Positions 8,214 to 17,007 of a stretch of DNA of 50,820 nt are shown here, one piece after another (the stretch's first letter is position 1; each line of letters opens with the position of its first letter). The DNA comes from Clostridia bacterium (GTDB taxonomy: Bacteria; Bacillota; Clostridia; Christensenellales; Borkfalkiaceae). The stretch spans positions 1-50,820 of the forward strand of contig JAFVCP010000024.1 of assembly GCA_017479185.1 (NCBI GenBank), given 5' to 3'. The position numbers and the translations under genes are program-made. The notes beneath the pieces are model-generated. The model did no database searches. It was given only the letters and a program-made list of their open reading frames with translations, and was not told where the DNA came from.

Positions 8214-9848
8214 TTATTCAAGCGAAACTATGTAATAATATATCGCCTGCCCCCCGTAGAAAAGTTCTACGTCAAGTTCGGGGTATTTTTCCTGCAAACT
8301 CGTTTGAAGGGCGGTCGCGTCTTCTTCTTTGACGTCGGCTCCGTAATAAAGATTTATAAGGCTGTGTCCCGTATCTTTCAGTTTTTCTATAAGCGCCGCC
8401 GTAACCTTTCCTACGTCGTTGCCTTTCGCGAGGATCTTTTTATTGTCAAGACCTATTATATCCCCTTCGTTTAAAGAAAATCCGTTTATCTTCGTGTTCC
8501 TTACCGCGTAAGTTACCTGCCCCGCCGTAACGTTGTCCATTTCGTGAAGCATATTTATAAGATTTTCGTCAGCGGGAACGTCGGGATTGAACGCGAGCGC
8601 CGCGGCTATCCCCTGAGGAACGTTTTTGGTGGGAACGACGTGTATCTTTTTGCCTTCGACGAGCGATTTCGACTGTTCCGCCGCCAAAATGATATTTTTA
8701 TTGTTGGGGAAAACGAATATGTTGTCGGCGTTGATCTTTATTATAGCGTCGGCTATATCCTGCGCCGAAGGATTCATCGTCTGTCCGCCCTCGATAACTT
8801 TATCGACGTTTATATCTTTGAAAAGATCGGTAAGCCCTTGTCCCGAACAAATGGCGAGCATTCCCATCTCTTTCTTTTCTTCTTCGTATTTTTTGATAAG
8901 TTGTCTGTTCTGTTCGAGCATATTCTCGATCTTGACCTTATCCACTTCGCCGAGAGTGAGCGCTTTGCTTATCGCGTGTCCGGGGTTGTTGGTGTGAACG
9001 TGGACTTTGACGAATTCGAGATCGCCGATAACGAGAACGCTGTCGCCTATACCCATAAGGTATTCGCGAAGCCTGTCTATGTCGGCAAGAGTCGTCCTCT
9101 TTTTAAGATTGATTATAAAAAACTCCGTACAATAACCGAATTCTATGGTCCCGAGATTTAATATGTCCGCGTGTTCCATACTGCTCTCGGGCTTGGTTTC
9201 GAGTTGAGTTTCCACGGGAGCGCCGACTATTTCTTCTCCGATAAGCCCCTTATACATTCCGCGGTATATGGTAACCAGACCCATTCCGCCCGAATCCACG
9301 ACGCCCGCCTTTTTAAGCACGGGGAGAAGTTCGGGTGTTTTTTGAAGCGCCTCTTCCCCCGCTTTTATTATCTCTTCGAAAAGGCTCTCGAAGTCCTTGA
9401 CCTTTCCCGAAACGGACTGAGCGTGTTCGGAGATCATTCTGCAAACCGTTAAAATGGTCCCTTCCTTGGGAATGGATACCGCGCTGTATGCGACGTTGGT
9501 CGCGTTTTTGAGCGCCTTGGTAAAGGTTTTTACGTCGACCTCGTTATAATCTTTTATTACCGAACAGATACCTCTGAAGATCTGCGACGTAATAACGCCC
9601 GAATTTCCCCTCGCCCCTTTAAGCGCTCCCTTCGAAACGCTGTCGGCAAGATCTGCGAGATTGTTGGTCTTACACGCTTTAAGTTCCTTTATGGACGATT
9701 GAAGGGTAAGACTCATATTGGTTCCCGTATCTCCGTCGGGAACGGGGAACACGTTGAGCGTGTCTATCTGTTCGCGATTAACGTCCAGAAAAGCAGACGC
9801 GGCAATCACCATTTTCGCAAAAGCGGCGCCGTTAAGTTTCTTTATCAT
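8214..9848 (-). CDS. yloV: DAK2 domain fusion protein YloV
   Basis: DAK2 motif FPVPDGDTGTNM plus a long C-terminal YloV-type domain. The start is taken at MIKKLNG; the ORF track's 20 extra N-terminal codons look spurious. Confidence 0.85.
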   Translation of the reverse strand: MIKKLNGAAFAKMVIAASAFLDVNREQIDTLNVFPVPDGDTGTNMSLTLQSSIKELKACKTNNLADLADSVSKGALKGARGNSGVITSQIFRGICSVIKDYNEVDVKTFTKALKNATNVAYSAVSIPKEGTILTVCRMISEHAQSVSGKVKDFESLFEEIIKAGEEALQKTPELLPVLKKAGVVDSGGMGLVTIYRGMYKGLIGEEIVGAPVETQLETKPESSMEHADILNLGTIEFGYCTEFFIINLKKRTTLADIDRLREYLMGIGDSVLVIGDLEFVKVHVHTNNPGHAISKALTLGEVDKVKIENMLEQNRQLIKKYEEEKKEMGMLAICSGQGLTDLFKDINVDKVIEGGQTMNPSAQDIADAIIKINADNIFVFPNNKNIILAAEQSKSLVEGKKIHVVPTKNVPQGIAAALAFNPDVPADENLINMLHEMDNVTAGQVTYAVRNTKINGFSLNEGDIIGLDNKKILAKGNDVGKVTAALIEKLKDTGHSLINLYYGADVKEEDATALQTSLQEKYPELDVELFYGGQAIYYYIVSLE

Positions 9849-9917
9849 AATATAAAATAATCCTCCGAAAAAACGCGTAAAAGCCTCGCCAAAAATGCGA
9901 AGCCTCAAGCGTCGGCG

Positions 9918-10268
9918 TTACAATTTAACGCCGGTAATATTCACGTTTACGGTATCTACTATCATTCCCGTAAACTGTTCAACTTTATATTTGACGGCGT
10001 TCTTCAAAGAATCCGCGACTGCGGATATGGAAACGCCGAATTTTATCACGACGAAAATATCTATATATATTCTGTCGCTTACGGTAACGACTTTGACGCC
10101 CTTGCCGTAAGGATCTTTTTTAAGAAGTTGACTTATGCTGTCGCTCAATTTTCTCGAAACGAGTTCTACGATACCGTAACATTCGAGCGCAGCGTGAGCG
10201 GCGACCTTTGCGATCGCTTCGTCTGAAACCGATATTTTTCCGTAAATGTTCGAAGTCGTTACAGGCAT
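9918..10268 (-). CDS. Asp23/Gls24-family envelope stress protein
   Basis: 116 aa, in the conserved position upstream of yloV-recG and divergent from rpmB. The sequence pattern is typical of Asp23. Confidence 0.85.
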   Translation of the reverse strand: MPVTTSNIYGKISVSDEAIAKVAAHAALECYGIVELVSRKLSDSISQLLKKDPYGKGVKVVTVSDRIYIDIFVVIKFGVSISAVADSLKNAVKYKVEQFTGMIVDTVNVNITGVKL

Positions 10269-10388
10269 AGTTATCTCCTTTCAAAGATATTTTACATTAT
10301 TTAAAATAAATTTGCAAGGATTTTTATATAAATTTTACCTCTCATAATTTTTTTCAATCTTTTTTTGCGAAAAATATGCCGTTTTTGG

Positions 10389-10417
10389 TTGCATTTAAAA
10401 TCGATTTGTGATATATT
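10389..10417 (+). promoter_or_regulatory. rpmB promoter (extended -10)
   Basis: TTGCAT (10389-10394), a 17-nt spacer, then TGaTATATT (10409-10417). Confidence 0.55.
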
Positions 10418-10506
10418 ATCTATGCTTTGATTTTGAGAGCGTATTATATTTAGCGCGCATTTTTGAAAAGCGGTAATGAAATCGCTTGGGTTAGGAGGTA
10501 TAATAT

Positions 10507-10695
10507 ATGTCAAGAGTTTGCAGCGTTTGCGGTAAAGCAAAATTATCCGGCAATAAAGTAAGCCACAGTAACCGTAAAACTCCTCGTTCTTACAACGCCA
10601 ATATACAAAAGGTAAGAGTCGTTAAAGACGGCGTGGTTTCGGCTGAATACGTTTGCACGCGTTGTTTAAAGAGCAATAAAGTAGAAAGAGCGTAA
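10507..10695 (+). CDS. rpmB: 50S ribosomal protein L28
   Basis: 62 aa: MSRVCSVCGK...SHSNRKT...CTRCLK (Cys4-containing L28 form). SD is AGGAGG. Confidence 0.95.
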   Translation: MSRVCSVCGKAKLSGNKVSHSNRKTPRSYNANIQKVRVVKDGVVSAEYVCTRCLKSNKVERA

Positions 10696-10767
10696 GGATT
10701 TTACCTTTTATTAAAATTGCTTAAATCCCGACCTTAACAGGTCAGTTTGTCAATTTCATTGTTTTTC

Positions 10768-10814
10768 GCAAAGCGGAGCCCTTTTAAAGGGCTCCGCTTT
10801 GCGTTCTTTTTTTT
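10768..10814. terminator. bidirectional intrinsic terminator
   Basis: Perfect palindrome GCAAAGCGGAGCCCTTTTAAAGGGCTCCGCTTTGC followed by GTTCTTTTTTTT. It sits between convergent rpmB and the creatininase-family gene. Confidence 0.85.
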
Positions 10815-10831
10815 AATTATTATACCAACAT

Positions 10832-11566
10832 TTAAACTATCGCTTTTTCGAGATATTCGAGCGACAGCCTTACCATCTCGTTTCCGAGTTCCCGATTGGC
10901 GTCTTTTGCGTTTTCGGTAAACCAATGCTTTATATCCCCGAGTCTGTCGAGTTTTACGCAATCGGGATACAGCGACATAAGTATAGAACTTTCAAATTTG
11001 CCCGCGTGATCGTATCCCGTCGCGTTCTGAACGGCGGTACTCATAGTGGGTATTACTTTTATCCAATTAAAGGGATTGTTCGCCCCTTCCAACTGTTCGT
11101 AGTAATTTGCGTAATTTTCGCTTCCCCACCAACCTTCGCCGAGAGTTTCTTCGAGATATTCCATAGTCGCCCTTTTCGCCGCCATACGGTAACACAAGGT
11201 CATCGGCATTTCGCTTTCCTGTTCGAACTGATGATGGATCACGACGTATATATTTCTGAATCCCGAATAAAGAAAACTCTTGAAAACGTAATAGACGTAA
11301 TCTTCAAAAGCCTTTTCGGCGACGTGGACGGTTCCGCTCGCCCTTCCCCCGACGGCGTAACTCGACGGGCTGTAAGCGATAGTAGGAGCGATCATTATCT
11401 CCTTTTTTTGCGAAAGTTTATTTAAAAGCCCTTCGACGACGAGAGTGTCGCAGCCGTAAGAACAGTGCGCGCCGTGATATTCGACCGTTCCGCCCGCAAT
11501 AACGAGCGGAATATTTTTTTCTTTAACAAAAGCCGTTTCCCGCGGAAAACTGTGATTTAATTCCAT
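10832..11566 (-). CDS. creatininase-family amidohydrolase
   Basis: 244 aa. The N-terminal IPLVIAGGTVEYHGAHCSYGCD pattern is typical of the creatininase fold. Confidence 0.7.
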   Translation of the reverse strand: MELNHSFPRETAFVKEKNIPLVIAGGTVEYHGAHCSYGCDTLVVEGLLNKLSQKKEIMIAPTIAYSPSSYAVGGRASGTVHVAEKAFEDYVYYVFKSFLYSGFRNIYVVIHHQFEQESEMPMTLCYRMAAKRATMEYLEETLGEGWWGSENYANYYEQLEGANNPFNWIKVIPTMSTAVQNATGYDHAGKFESSILMSLYPDCVKLDRLGDIKHWFTENAKDANRELGNEMVRLSLEYLEKAIV

Positions 11567-11577
11567 ATTTATTCTCC

Positions 11578-11940
11578 TTAATAAGCCAAAGTGGTATAAT
11601 AAGCAAGATTTACTTGTCTGTTGTCAAGCCTGCCGTATTGAACGACGATGTTCTTATCCGAGGTCAGTTTCATAGCGTATTGAGTTTCGATGGGGACTTC
11701 GAAACCGCCCATATCGCCGAGATCGTTCATTCTGAAACACCTTACTTTATTGGCTCCGACCTTCCAGATTATTTCTTCGTACGGCTCTTTATCCGTAAAA
11801 ATCAATTTGACTTTAACGGTCGCGTCTTCGTCGTTATCGTTTATGATTATAACGCTTTCGTGTCCTTTTAAAACACCTTCTCCCGGCGGCGGAAGTTCGC
11901 AATCGGGAATTATCCAGACTTTCTTTCCTTCTCCTTCCAT
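11578..11940 (-). CDS. ASRT-family protein (sensory rhodopsin transducer-like, PF07100-type)
   Basis: 120 aa. The segments WIIPDCELPPPGEG...HESVIIINDNDEDATVKVKLIFTDKEP...VVQYGRLDNRQ align by eye with the Anabaena ASRT sequence as I remember it. Confidence 0.6.
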   Translation of the reverse strand: MEGEGKKVWIIPDCELPPPGEGVLKGHESVIIINDNDEDATVKVKLIFTDKEPYEEIIWKVGANKVRCFRMNDLGDMGGFEVPIETQYAMKLTSDKNIVVQYGRLDNRQVNLAYYTTLAY

Positions 11941-11941
11941 A

Positions 11942-13114
11942 TTAAAACTCCAACTCTATTATTCCCTTTTTAAGGTAATCGGTATAACTTTCGTATCCGT
12001 CTTTCTTTACCGCTATACCCTTTTCCCAACGGCAACCGAAAGTCGGACCCGAAATAAACGTGTCGACTTGGAAGGTCATATTTTCTTCCAAAGGGTAATG
12101 GGTAGAGGTTTCCATCCAAGGCGCTTCTACTTCTATCATACCCGTTCCGTGGCAGGGTCCGTAAACATAATTCTTTTCGTATCCCGCGTCTTTAAAAGCC
12201 TGCAAAAATCTTTTCGCAACGTCGTCCGCAAATACGCCCGCTTTTATCTGGCGGCAAGTCCACTCGTGCATTTCGCGGCAAAATTCGACTATTTCTCTCC
12301 TCTCGCCTTCGAGTTTCCCCATTATTACGGGAAGTCCGATACTCGGCGAATACCCGTCTATTTTAGCCGAAAGATTGAGTTGAACTATATCCCCTTTCTT
12401 TATTTCTCTGTATCTCGAACGGGAGATAGCGTGCCTCGTGCTTTCTTCGCTGAAAACGTACATAGGCAGACCTTCGTATTCGGCGCCGTTCTCGTATATA
12501 ACTCTCTGCGCGACGCCGACCATCTGAAGTTCGGTAACGCCCGGTTTAAGAGCCTTTATGACCTCGTCGGTCGCAAGTTCTATGATCCTGAAACCTTCTC
12601 TTATACAAGCGAGTTCGTTTTCGCTCTTTATTTTACGGAGATTTACCATTATATCGTTGCATTTGACGATCTCCGCTTTGGGGTACGCGTTTTTAAGCCC
12701 TTCGTAAATGGGAAGGGTGCATTCGACGTAACTTCCGAGTCCGATCTTTATATTTTCGCCCTTTACCCCTATCGACGAAAACACTTCGTTAAATGTGCTT
12801 GCGACGAGTTCGGGATAAGCGGGATCCGCCGATTCTCTGAACTCTTTAAGTACGAAAACCTTTTCTATTTTTCCGAAATCCTTGCCGAAAACGGCAGATT
12901 CGGGTCCGACAAGCAAAGCGGCGTCCCCGCTCGCGGAGATAGCGACGCCCGCCCTTTCGAACAAGGGCCAGAAGCCCGAGAAATAACGCGCGTTGGCGTA
13001 ATCGCTTTCCGTCGACGCGACGACCATTACGTCAAGACCTTTTTCGGCGATCATTTTCGCCGCTCTTTTAATTCTTTCCTGATATTCACTATCGGGAATA
13101 CAAACTCTATTCAT
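11942..13114 (-). CDS. M24-family metallopeptidase / creatinase-like hydrolase
   Basis: 390 aa with a creatinase/prolidase-type N-domain and a pita-bread C-domain pattern. SD is AAGGAG. Confidence 0.75.
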   Translation of the reverse strand: MNRVCIPDSEYQERIKRAAKMIAEKGLDVMVVASTESDYANARYFSGFWPLFERAGVAISASGDAALLVGPESAVFGKDFGKIEKVFVLKEFRESADPAYPELVASTFNEVFSSIGVKGENIKIGLGSYVECTLPIYEGLKNAYPKAEIVKCNDIMVNLRKIKSENELACIREGFRIIELATDEVIKALKPGVTELQMVGVAQRVIYENGAEYEGLPMYVFSEESTRHAISRSRYREIKKGDIVQLNLSAKIDGYSPSIGLPVIMGKLEGERREIVEFCREMHEWTCRQIKAGVFADDVAKRFLQAFKDAGYEKNYVYGPCHGTGMIEVEAPWMETSTHYPLEENMTFQVDTFISGPTFGCRWEKGIAVKKDGYESYTDYLKKGIIELEF

Positions 13115-13142
13115 TTTTTTTCTCCTTTTCGTTTATGAGTAT

Positions 13143-13171
13143 ATTATATAACGGAACGTCGTTTTTGTCAT
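13143..13171 (-). promoter_or_regulatory. candidate promoter of the M24-ASRT-creatininase operon
   Basis: On the minus strand: ATGACA (13166-13171), a 17-nt spacer, then TATAAT (13143-13148). Confidence 0.4.
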
Positions 13172-13294
13172 TATCAAATCGTCAACGTTTATTTATAAAT
13201 CGTAAATTTATTTATGATAAATATGAAATGCGGGAACGTAGGACGATCTTGCCCGCATTTTTATATAAGAAAAGTAAAAATATTTACAAAACGA

Positions 13295-13323
13295 TTGACT
13301 TTAAGGGGCAAATTGCCTATAAT
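13295..13323 (+). promoter_or_regulatory. promoter of the AraC-family gene
   Basis: TTGACT (13295-13300), a 17-nt spacer, then TATAAT (13318-13323). Confidence 0.55.
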
Positions 13324-13358
13324 TTACTTATAAAACAAAAGTCAGATCGAAGGGTTAT

Positions 13359-14216
13359 ATGGAGTTTAAATTAAAAGAACTTTCGCTGCCGCTTGAAGTA
13401 ACGAGGATAGCGAACGTTCATTTTTTCGAATTTCCGTTCGGATATAAAACCGAGGACGACAATCACCCGTTTTTAGAACTTCTTTTCGTCAACAAAGGCA
13501 GTTTAGAGGTAAAGTCGGAAGAATACACGGGAAAATTGACCAAAAGTCAACTCATCATCCACGGAACGAATAAAACACATTCCCTTTTTTGCCCGACAAA
13601 CGGAGAAACGGTCGTCATAATAATCGGCTTTGAGTGTAATTCGGACAAGTTGAAATATTTTTCGAAAACCCCAATAACTTTAAACGACGGAGAGATAAGA
13701 TCGCTCGCGGAAATCGTAAAGGAAGGAAGAAACGTATTCTCTCCCCCCTACGACGTTCCCGTTTACGATATGAAAAAAAAGAAAAAGCAGGTTTTCGGAA
13801 GCGAACAACTACTTAAACTTTCACTCGAAAAATTTTTGATCGAACTCATTCGTAAATACGAATTTTCAGTAAGCGCCGAAAGCGAGAAGTCCGACTTCGA
13901 AATAGGCGAGATCATAAAATACGTCGACAACAATTTCAAAGAAAAAATAACCCTGGACGAACTTGCCTTTTTGTTTAAAACCAACCGCTCGACGCTTTGC
14001 AAACAATTTAAAATAGCGACGGGAAAAACGATAATAAACTTCATAAACGATAAAAAGATAAGCGAGATAAAAAAACATCTCGACGGAGGCAGATCGATAA
14101 ACAGGATAGCCGACGAACTAAATTTTGAAAGCGTTCCCTATTTTTGCTCGTTTTTTAAGCGATATACGGGGAAAACGCCTCTCGAATACAAAAACAAAAA
14201 AGGAGAAAATATATGA
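13359..14216 (+). CDS. AraC-family transcriptional regulator (cupin-like N-domain plus HTH)
   Basis: 285 aa. The C-terminal double HTH (ITLDELAFLFKTNRSTLCKQFK ... FESVPYFCSFFKRYTGKTPLEY) is typical of AraC/XylS. Confidence 0.85.
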   Translation: MEFKLKELSLPLEVTRIANVHFFEFPFGYKTEDDNHPFLELLFVNKGSLEVKSEEYTGKLTKSQLIIHGTNKTHSLFCPTNGETVVIIIGFECNSDKLKYFSKTPITLNDGEIRSLAEIVKEGRNVFSPPYDVPVYDMKKKKKQVFGSEQLLKLSLEKFLIELIRKYEFSVSAESEKSDFEIGEIIKYVDNNFKEKITLDELAFLFKTNRSTLCKQFKIATGKTIINFINDKKISEIKKHLDGGRSINRIADELNFESVPYFCSFFKRYTGKTPLEYKNKKGENI

Positions 14217-15223
14217 AATTCAGATGGTGCGTCATAGGCGCGGGCGGGATAGCCGACAGAAGAACGATCCCCGCCCTTTTAAAAGACGAAGGCAGTCAAC
14301 TCGTCGCCGTAATGGACAGAGTTGAAAAAGTCGCGAAAGCGGTAGGAGAAAAATACGGCGTAAAATATTTTACCGACGAAAAGCAAATGCTCGAGCAGAC
14401 GGAATGCGACGCCGTATATATCGGAACTCCCGTATTTTGTCATACGGATCAGGCGTTGACCGCTCTTTCTTTCGGCAAAAACGTATTTATCGAAAAACCG
14501 GTCGCAATGAACGGAAAAGACAGCGAAGCGCTCGTTGAAGCCTTTAAAAAGGCGGACAAGCAGATCACGGTCGGATATATGATGAAATATCATAATCTCC
14601 ACGTTAAAGCCAAAAATATAGTAAAAGAGGGCGGAATAGGAAAAGTAAACTCGGTAAGAGCGCAATTTACCTGCTGGTATCCCCCTATCAAAGGCGCGTG
14701 GCGACAGGATCCCGCTCTCGGCGGAGGGGGCGCGATAATGGATCTCGGCGTTCATTGCATAGAACTTATAGAGGACGTACTCGGGGACGAAATAGCCGAA
14801 GTCAAGAGTTATTACTCCACCCATACTTTCGATTATCCCGTCGAAGACGGCGCGGTAATAATATTTAAGACCAAAAGCGGAACGCTCGGTCATATCGACG
14901 TCAATTTCAACATTCCGGACGCTGCGTCGGAAAGCAAATTCGAACTTTACGGCGACGAGGGGTATATAATCTGCAAAGGCACGTTGGGACAGGAAGAAAA
15001 GGGAGAACTTTCCTATCTTCACAGCCCGCAAGGCGATTACTCCGCGATGCAGGAGAGAACCACGAGCGAGCCGATCTTCGAAAAAGGCGCGAACAACGAC
15101 CTGTATTTAAAGCAACTCAAACTTTTCCGCGAACAGGTCGAAAGCGGAAAGAGAGATTATTTCTACGCCGACAGAGCCGTTCAGGTCCAGAAAGTAGTCG
15201 ATAAGATTTATTCGGAGCGTTAA
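14213..15223 (+). CDS. Gfo/Idh/MocA-family oxidoreductase
   Basis: 336 aa with N-terminal Rossmann motif CVIGAGGIADRR. There is an ATGA start/stop overlap with the AraC gene. Confidence 0.85.
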   Translation: MKFRWCVIGAGGIADRRTIPALLKDEGSQLVAVMDRVEKVAKAVGEKYGVKYFTDEKQMLEQTECDAVYIGTPVFCHTDQALTALSFGKNVFIEKPVAMNGKDSEALVEAFKKADKQITVGYMMKYHNLHVKAKNIVKEGGIGKVNSVRAQFTCWYPPIKGAWRQDPALGGGGAIMDLGVHCIELIEDVLGDEIAEVKSYYSTHTFDYPVEDGAVIIFKTKSGTLGHIDVNFNIPDAASESKFELYGDEGYIICKGTLGQEEKGELSYLHSPQGDYSAMQERTTSEPIFEKGANNDLYLKQLKLFREQVESGKRDYFYADRAVQVQKVVDKIYSER

Positions 15224-15242
15224 CGACGTCGAGGTAAAGACT

Positions 15243-15761
15243 ATGGATCCATCGGAAATTTCCGCGACCTTAAAATACGGAAAATTTATCTACGGTCGGC
15301 GGCTGAACTTGTTGAAAGCCGCTATGGGCGTTTCACTCCTCTTGCCGATAGTTACGGTAATAATTATTATACAGATAGCCTTTAAAGTTTTTTTCATAGA
15401 AAGCGATATGTTAGTCGCTTTGATTTTAGGAAATCTGTTCAGCCTTTTTCTGTTCGTTATTTGCAACTATTTCCGATCATATCATAACCGAATAAACAGA
15501 GAAATTATAAAATGGCTTGCCGACGCCGTTTACGTCAAAGCCAAAGTTTTCAGAGTAGATACGAGCGATCCGGGATCAAAACCTTTTTAGGTCGAAGTCG
15601 AATTTTCTTATAACGAACAGATCAAAAATTTTGAAAGTCAAACGGGCAATTATTTTACGGGGTTTCCCAAAACATTTTTACGCTTTATCGGGGATATCGA
15701 AATATTATATTCCCCCGAATACGATCAGGTTATATTTACGAATAAAGGAAGGCGGACTTAA
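15243..15761 (+). pseudogene. two-TM membrane protein gene interrupted by one in-frame TAG (15588-15590)
   Basis: The 115-codon ORF ends at a TAG. The same frame then stays open for 56 more codons (VEVEFSYNEQIKNFESQTGNY...GDIEILYSPEYDQVIFTNKGRRT) to a TAA at 15759-15761, which lies inside the terminator stem. Confidence 0.55.
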
Positions 15762-15778
15762 AAATTAAGTCCGCCTTC
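15748..15778. terminator. bidirectional terminator between convergent genes
   Basis: GAAGGCGGACTTA (15748-15760) pairs with TAAGTCCGCCTTC (15766-15778), followed by GATATTTTTT. Confidence 0.8.
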
Positions 15779-15794
15779 GATATTTTTTCGCCTT

Positions 15795-16901
15795 TTAATC
15801 GCTCACGTCGCTGTCGAGCGTTATCGTAACTTTATAGTCGGGAAATTTAGCCTTAACTTCGTTCAATATTTCTTCGTAGATCTTTTCCCTGTCGGGCGCC
15901 GCGAAATCTATAATGACGTCGAAATGTATTTTCTTCTCAATTTCGCTGAAATGGAAACCGTGCATTTGCAAAACGAACTCCCTGTCGGAAACTATATTTC
16001 TTATTTCCGACAATATCGCCTGCGAATTTTCATCTTTGGTATTTCTCGAATAAATGCTTATACCCGCTATTATGACCTTATGCTCTTCGTATACTTTTTC
16101 GGAGATCGCGTGTTCGAGGTCGTCGATCTTATCCGCCGTCATATAGTCGGGTATTTCGATATGCACGGAGCCTATATAGATCCCCGGTCCGTAATTATGT
16201 AAAATAAGATCGTAAGCGCCGTACACCTCGGGAAACTCGGCTATAGTGCGTTTTATGGCTTTCGTGGTTTCGCTGTCGAGCCTTTCGCCGAGGATCTGCG
16301 AAATGGTTTCGACTATCATTTCGACGCCCGCTTTTATAATAAACAACGATATTATCGCGCCGAGATAGGCTTCGAGCGACAAGCCCCAAAGCAAAAACAC
16401 GACGGCGGCGACCAAGGTCGACGCGGAAATTACGGAGTCCATAAGCGCGTCCTTTCCCGAAGCGGAAAGAGCGTCCGAATTTACCTTTTTGCCGACTTTC
16501 TGAAAATAAACGCCGATAAATATCTTAACGAGAACGGCGACGCCGATTATAATAAGCGAAGGCAAAGCGTAATCGGCGACTTCGGGTTGAAAAATTTTCT
16601 TGACCGATTCGATAAGAGAAGTAATACCTGCGTACAAAACGATGACCGCAACGATCATCGCGCTGACGTTTTCTATTCTTCCATAGCCGTAAGGATGTTT
16701 TTTGTCCGGTTTTTTGCCGGATAATTTCGCCCCGACTACGGTAATTCCCGACGACAGAGCGTCGGTCAGGTTGTTTACTGCGTCGAGAACTATCGCGATA
16801 GATCCCGATAATAATCCGATCGTCGCTTTAAACCCGGCGAGAAAGAAGTTGGCGATTATTCCGAGAATACTCGTTTTTATAATTTTCTTGTTTCTGTCCA
16901 T
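15795..16901 (-). CDS. cation diffusion facilitator (CDF) family metal efflux transporter
   Basis: 368 aa with six TM segments, the signature region LDAVNNLTDALSS...HPYGYGRIE, and a C-terminal cytoplasmic domain. Confidence 0.85.
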   Translation of the reverse strand: MDRNKKIIKTSILGIIANFFLAGFKATIGLLSGSIAIVLDAVNNLTDALSSGITVVGAKLSGKKPDKKHPYGYGRIENVSAMIVAVIVLYAGITSLIESVKKIFQPEVADYALPSLIIIGVAVLVKIFIGVYFQKVGKKVNSDALSASGKDALMDSVISASTLVAAVVFLLWGLSLEAYLGAIISLFIIKAGVEMIVETISQILGERLDSETTKAIKRTIAEFPEVYGAYDLILHNYGPGIYIGSVHIEIPDYMTADKIDDLEHAISEKVYEEHKVIIAGISIYSRNTKDENSQAILSEIRNIVSDREFVLQMHGFHFSEIEKKIHFDVIIDFAAPDREKIYEEILNEVKAKFPDYKVTITLDSDVSD

Positions 16902-16931
16902 AATAAAAACCTCTTAAAAATTATAATAATT

Positions 16932-16961
16932 ATTTTACGCCATTTCCGCTTACTTTGTCAA
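16932..16961 (-). promoter_or_regulatory. candidate promoter of the CDF gene
   Basis: On the minus strand: TTGACA (16956-16961), an 18-nt spacer, then TAAAAT (16932-16937). Confidence 0.45.
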
Positions 16962-16970
16962 GGAATATAT

Positions 16971-17000
16971 AAAAAAAGATACCGCAATCAAACGGTATCT
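16971..17000 (-). terminator. terminator after the CotF-like gene pair
   Basis: AGATACCG / CGGTATCT stem (16977-16984 with 16993-17000), followed on the minus strand by a 7-U run. Confidence 0.6.
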
Positions 17001-17007
17001 CTCTTTT

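Noticed and set aside
10301-10540. 79-aa minus-strand ORF spanning the rpmB promoter and start
   Set aside because: It overlaps the rpmB promoter, SD and 5' coding region, has no SD and is AT-rich low-complexity sequence. It is spurious.
11690-13138. 482-aa plus-strand ORF, together with many similar long ORFs antisense to real genes (e.g. 1256-2050, 2747-3547, 39118-40134, 14279-15031, 43029-43454)
   Set aside because: They lie entirely opposite well-supported genes (M24 peptidase, pheT, secA and others). Their compositions are low-complexity and rich in R, F, S and Y, they have no recognisable motifs and they lack SD sites. They are shadow ORFs typical of this codon bias.
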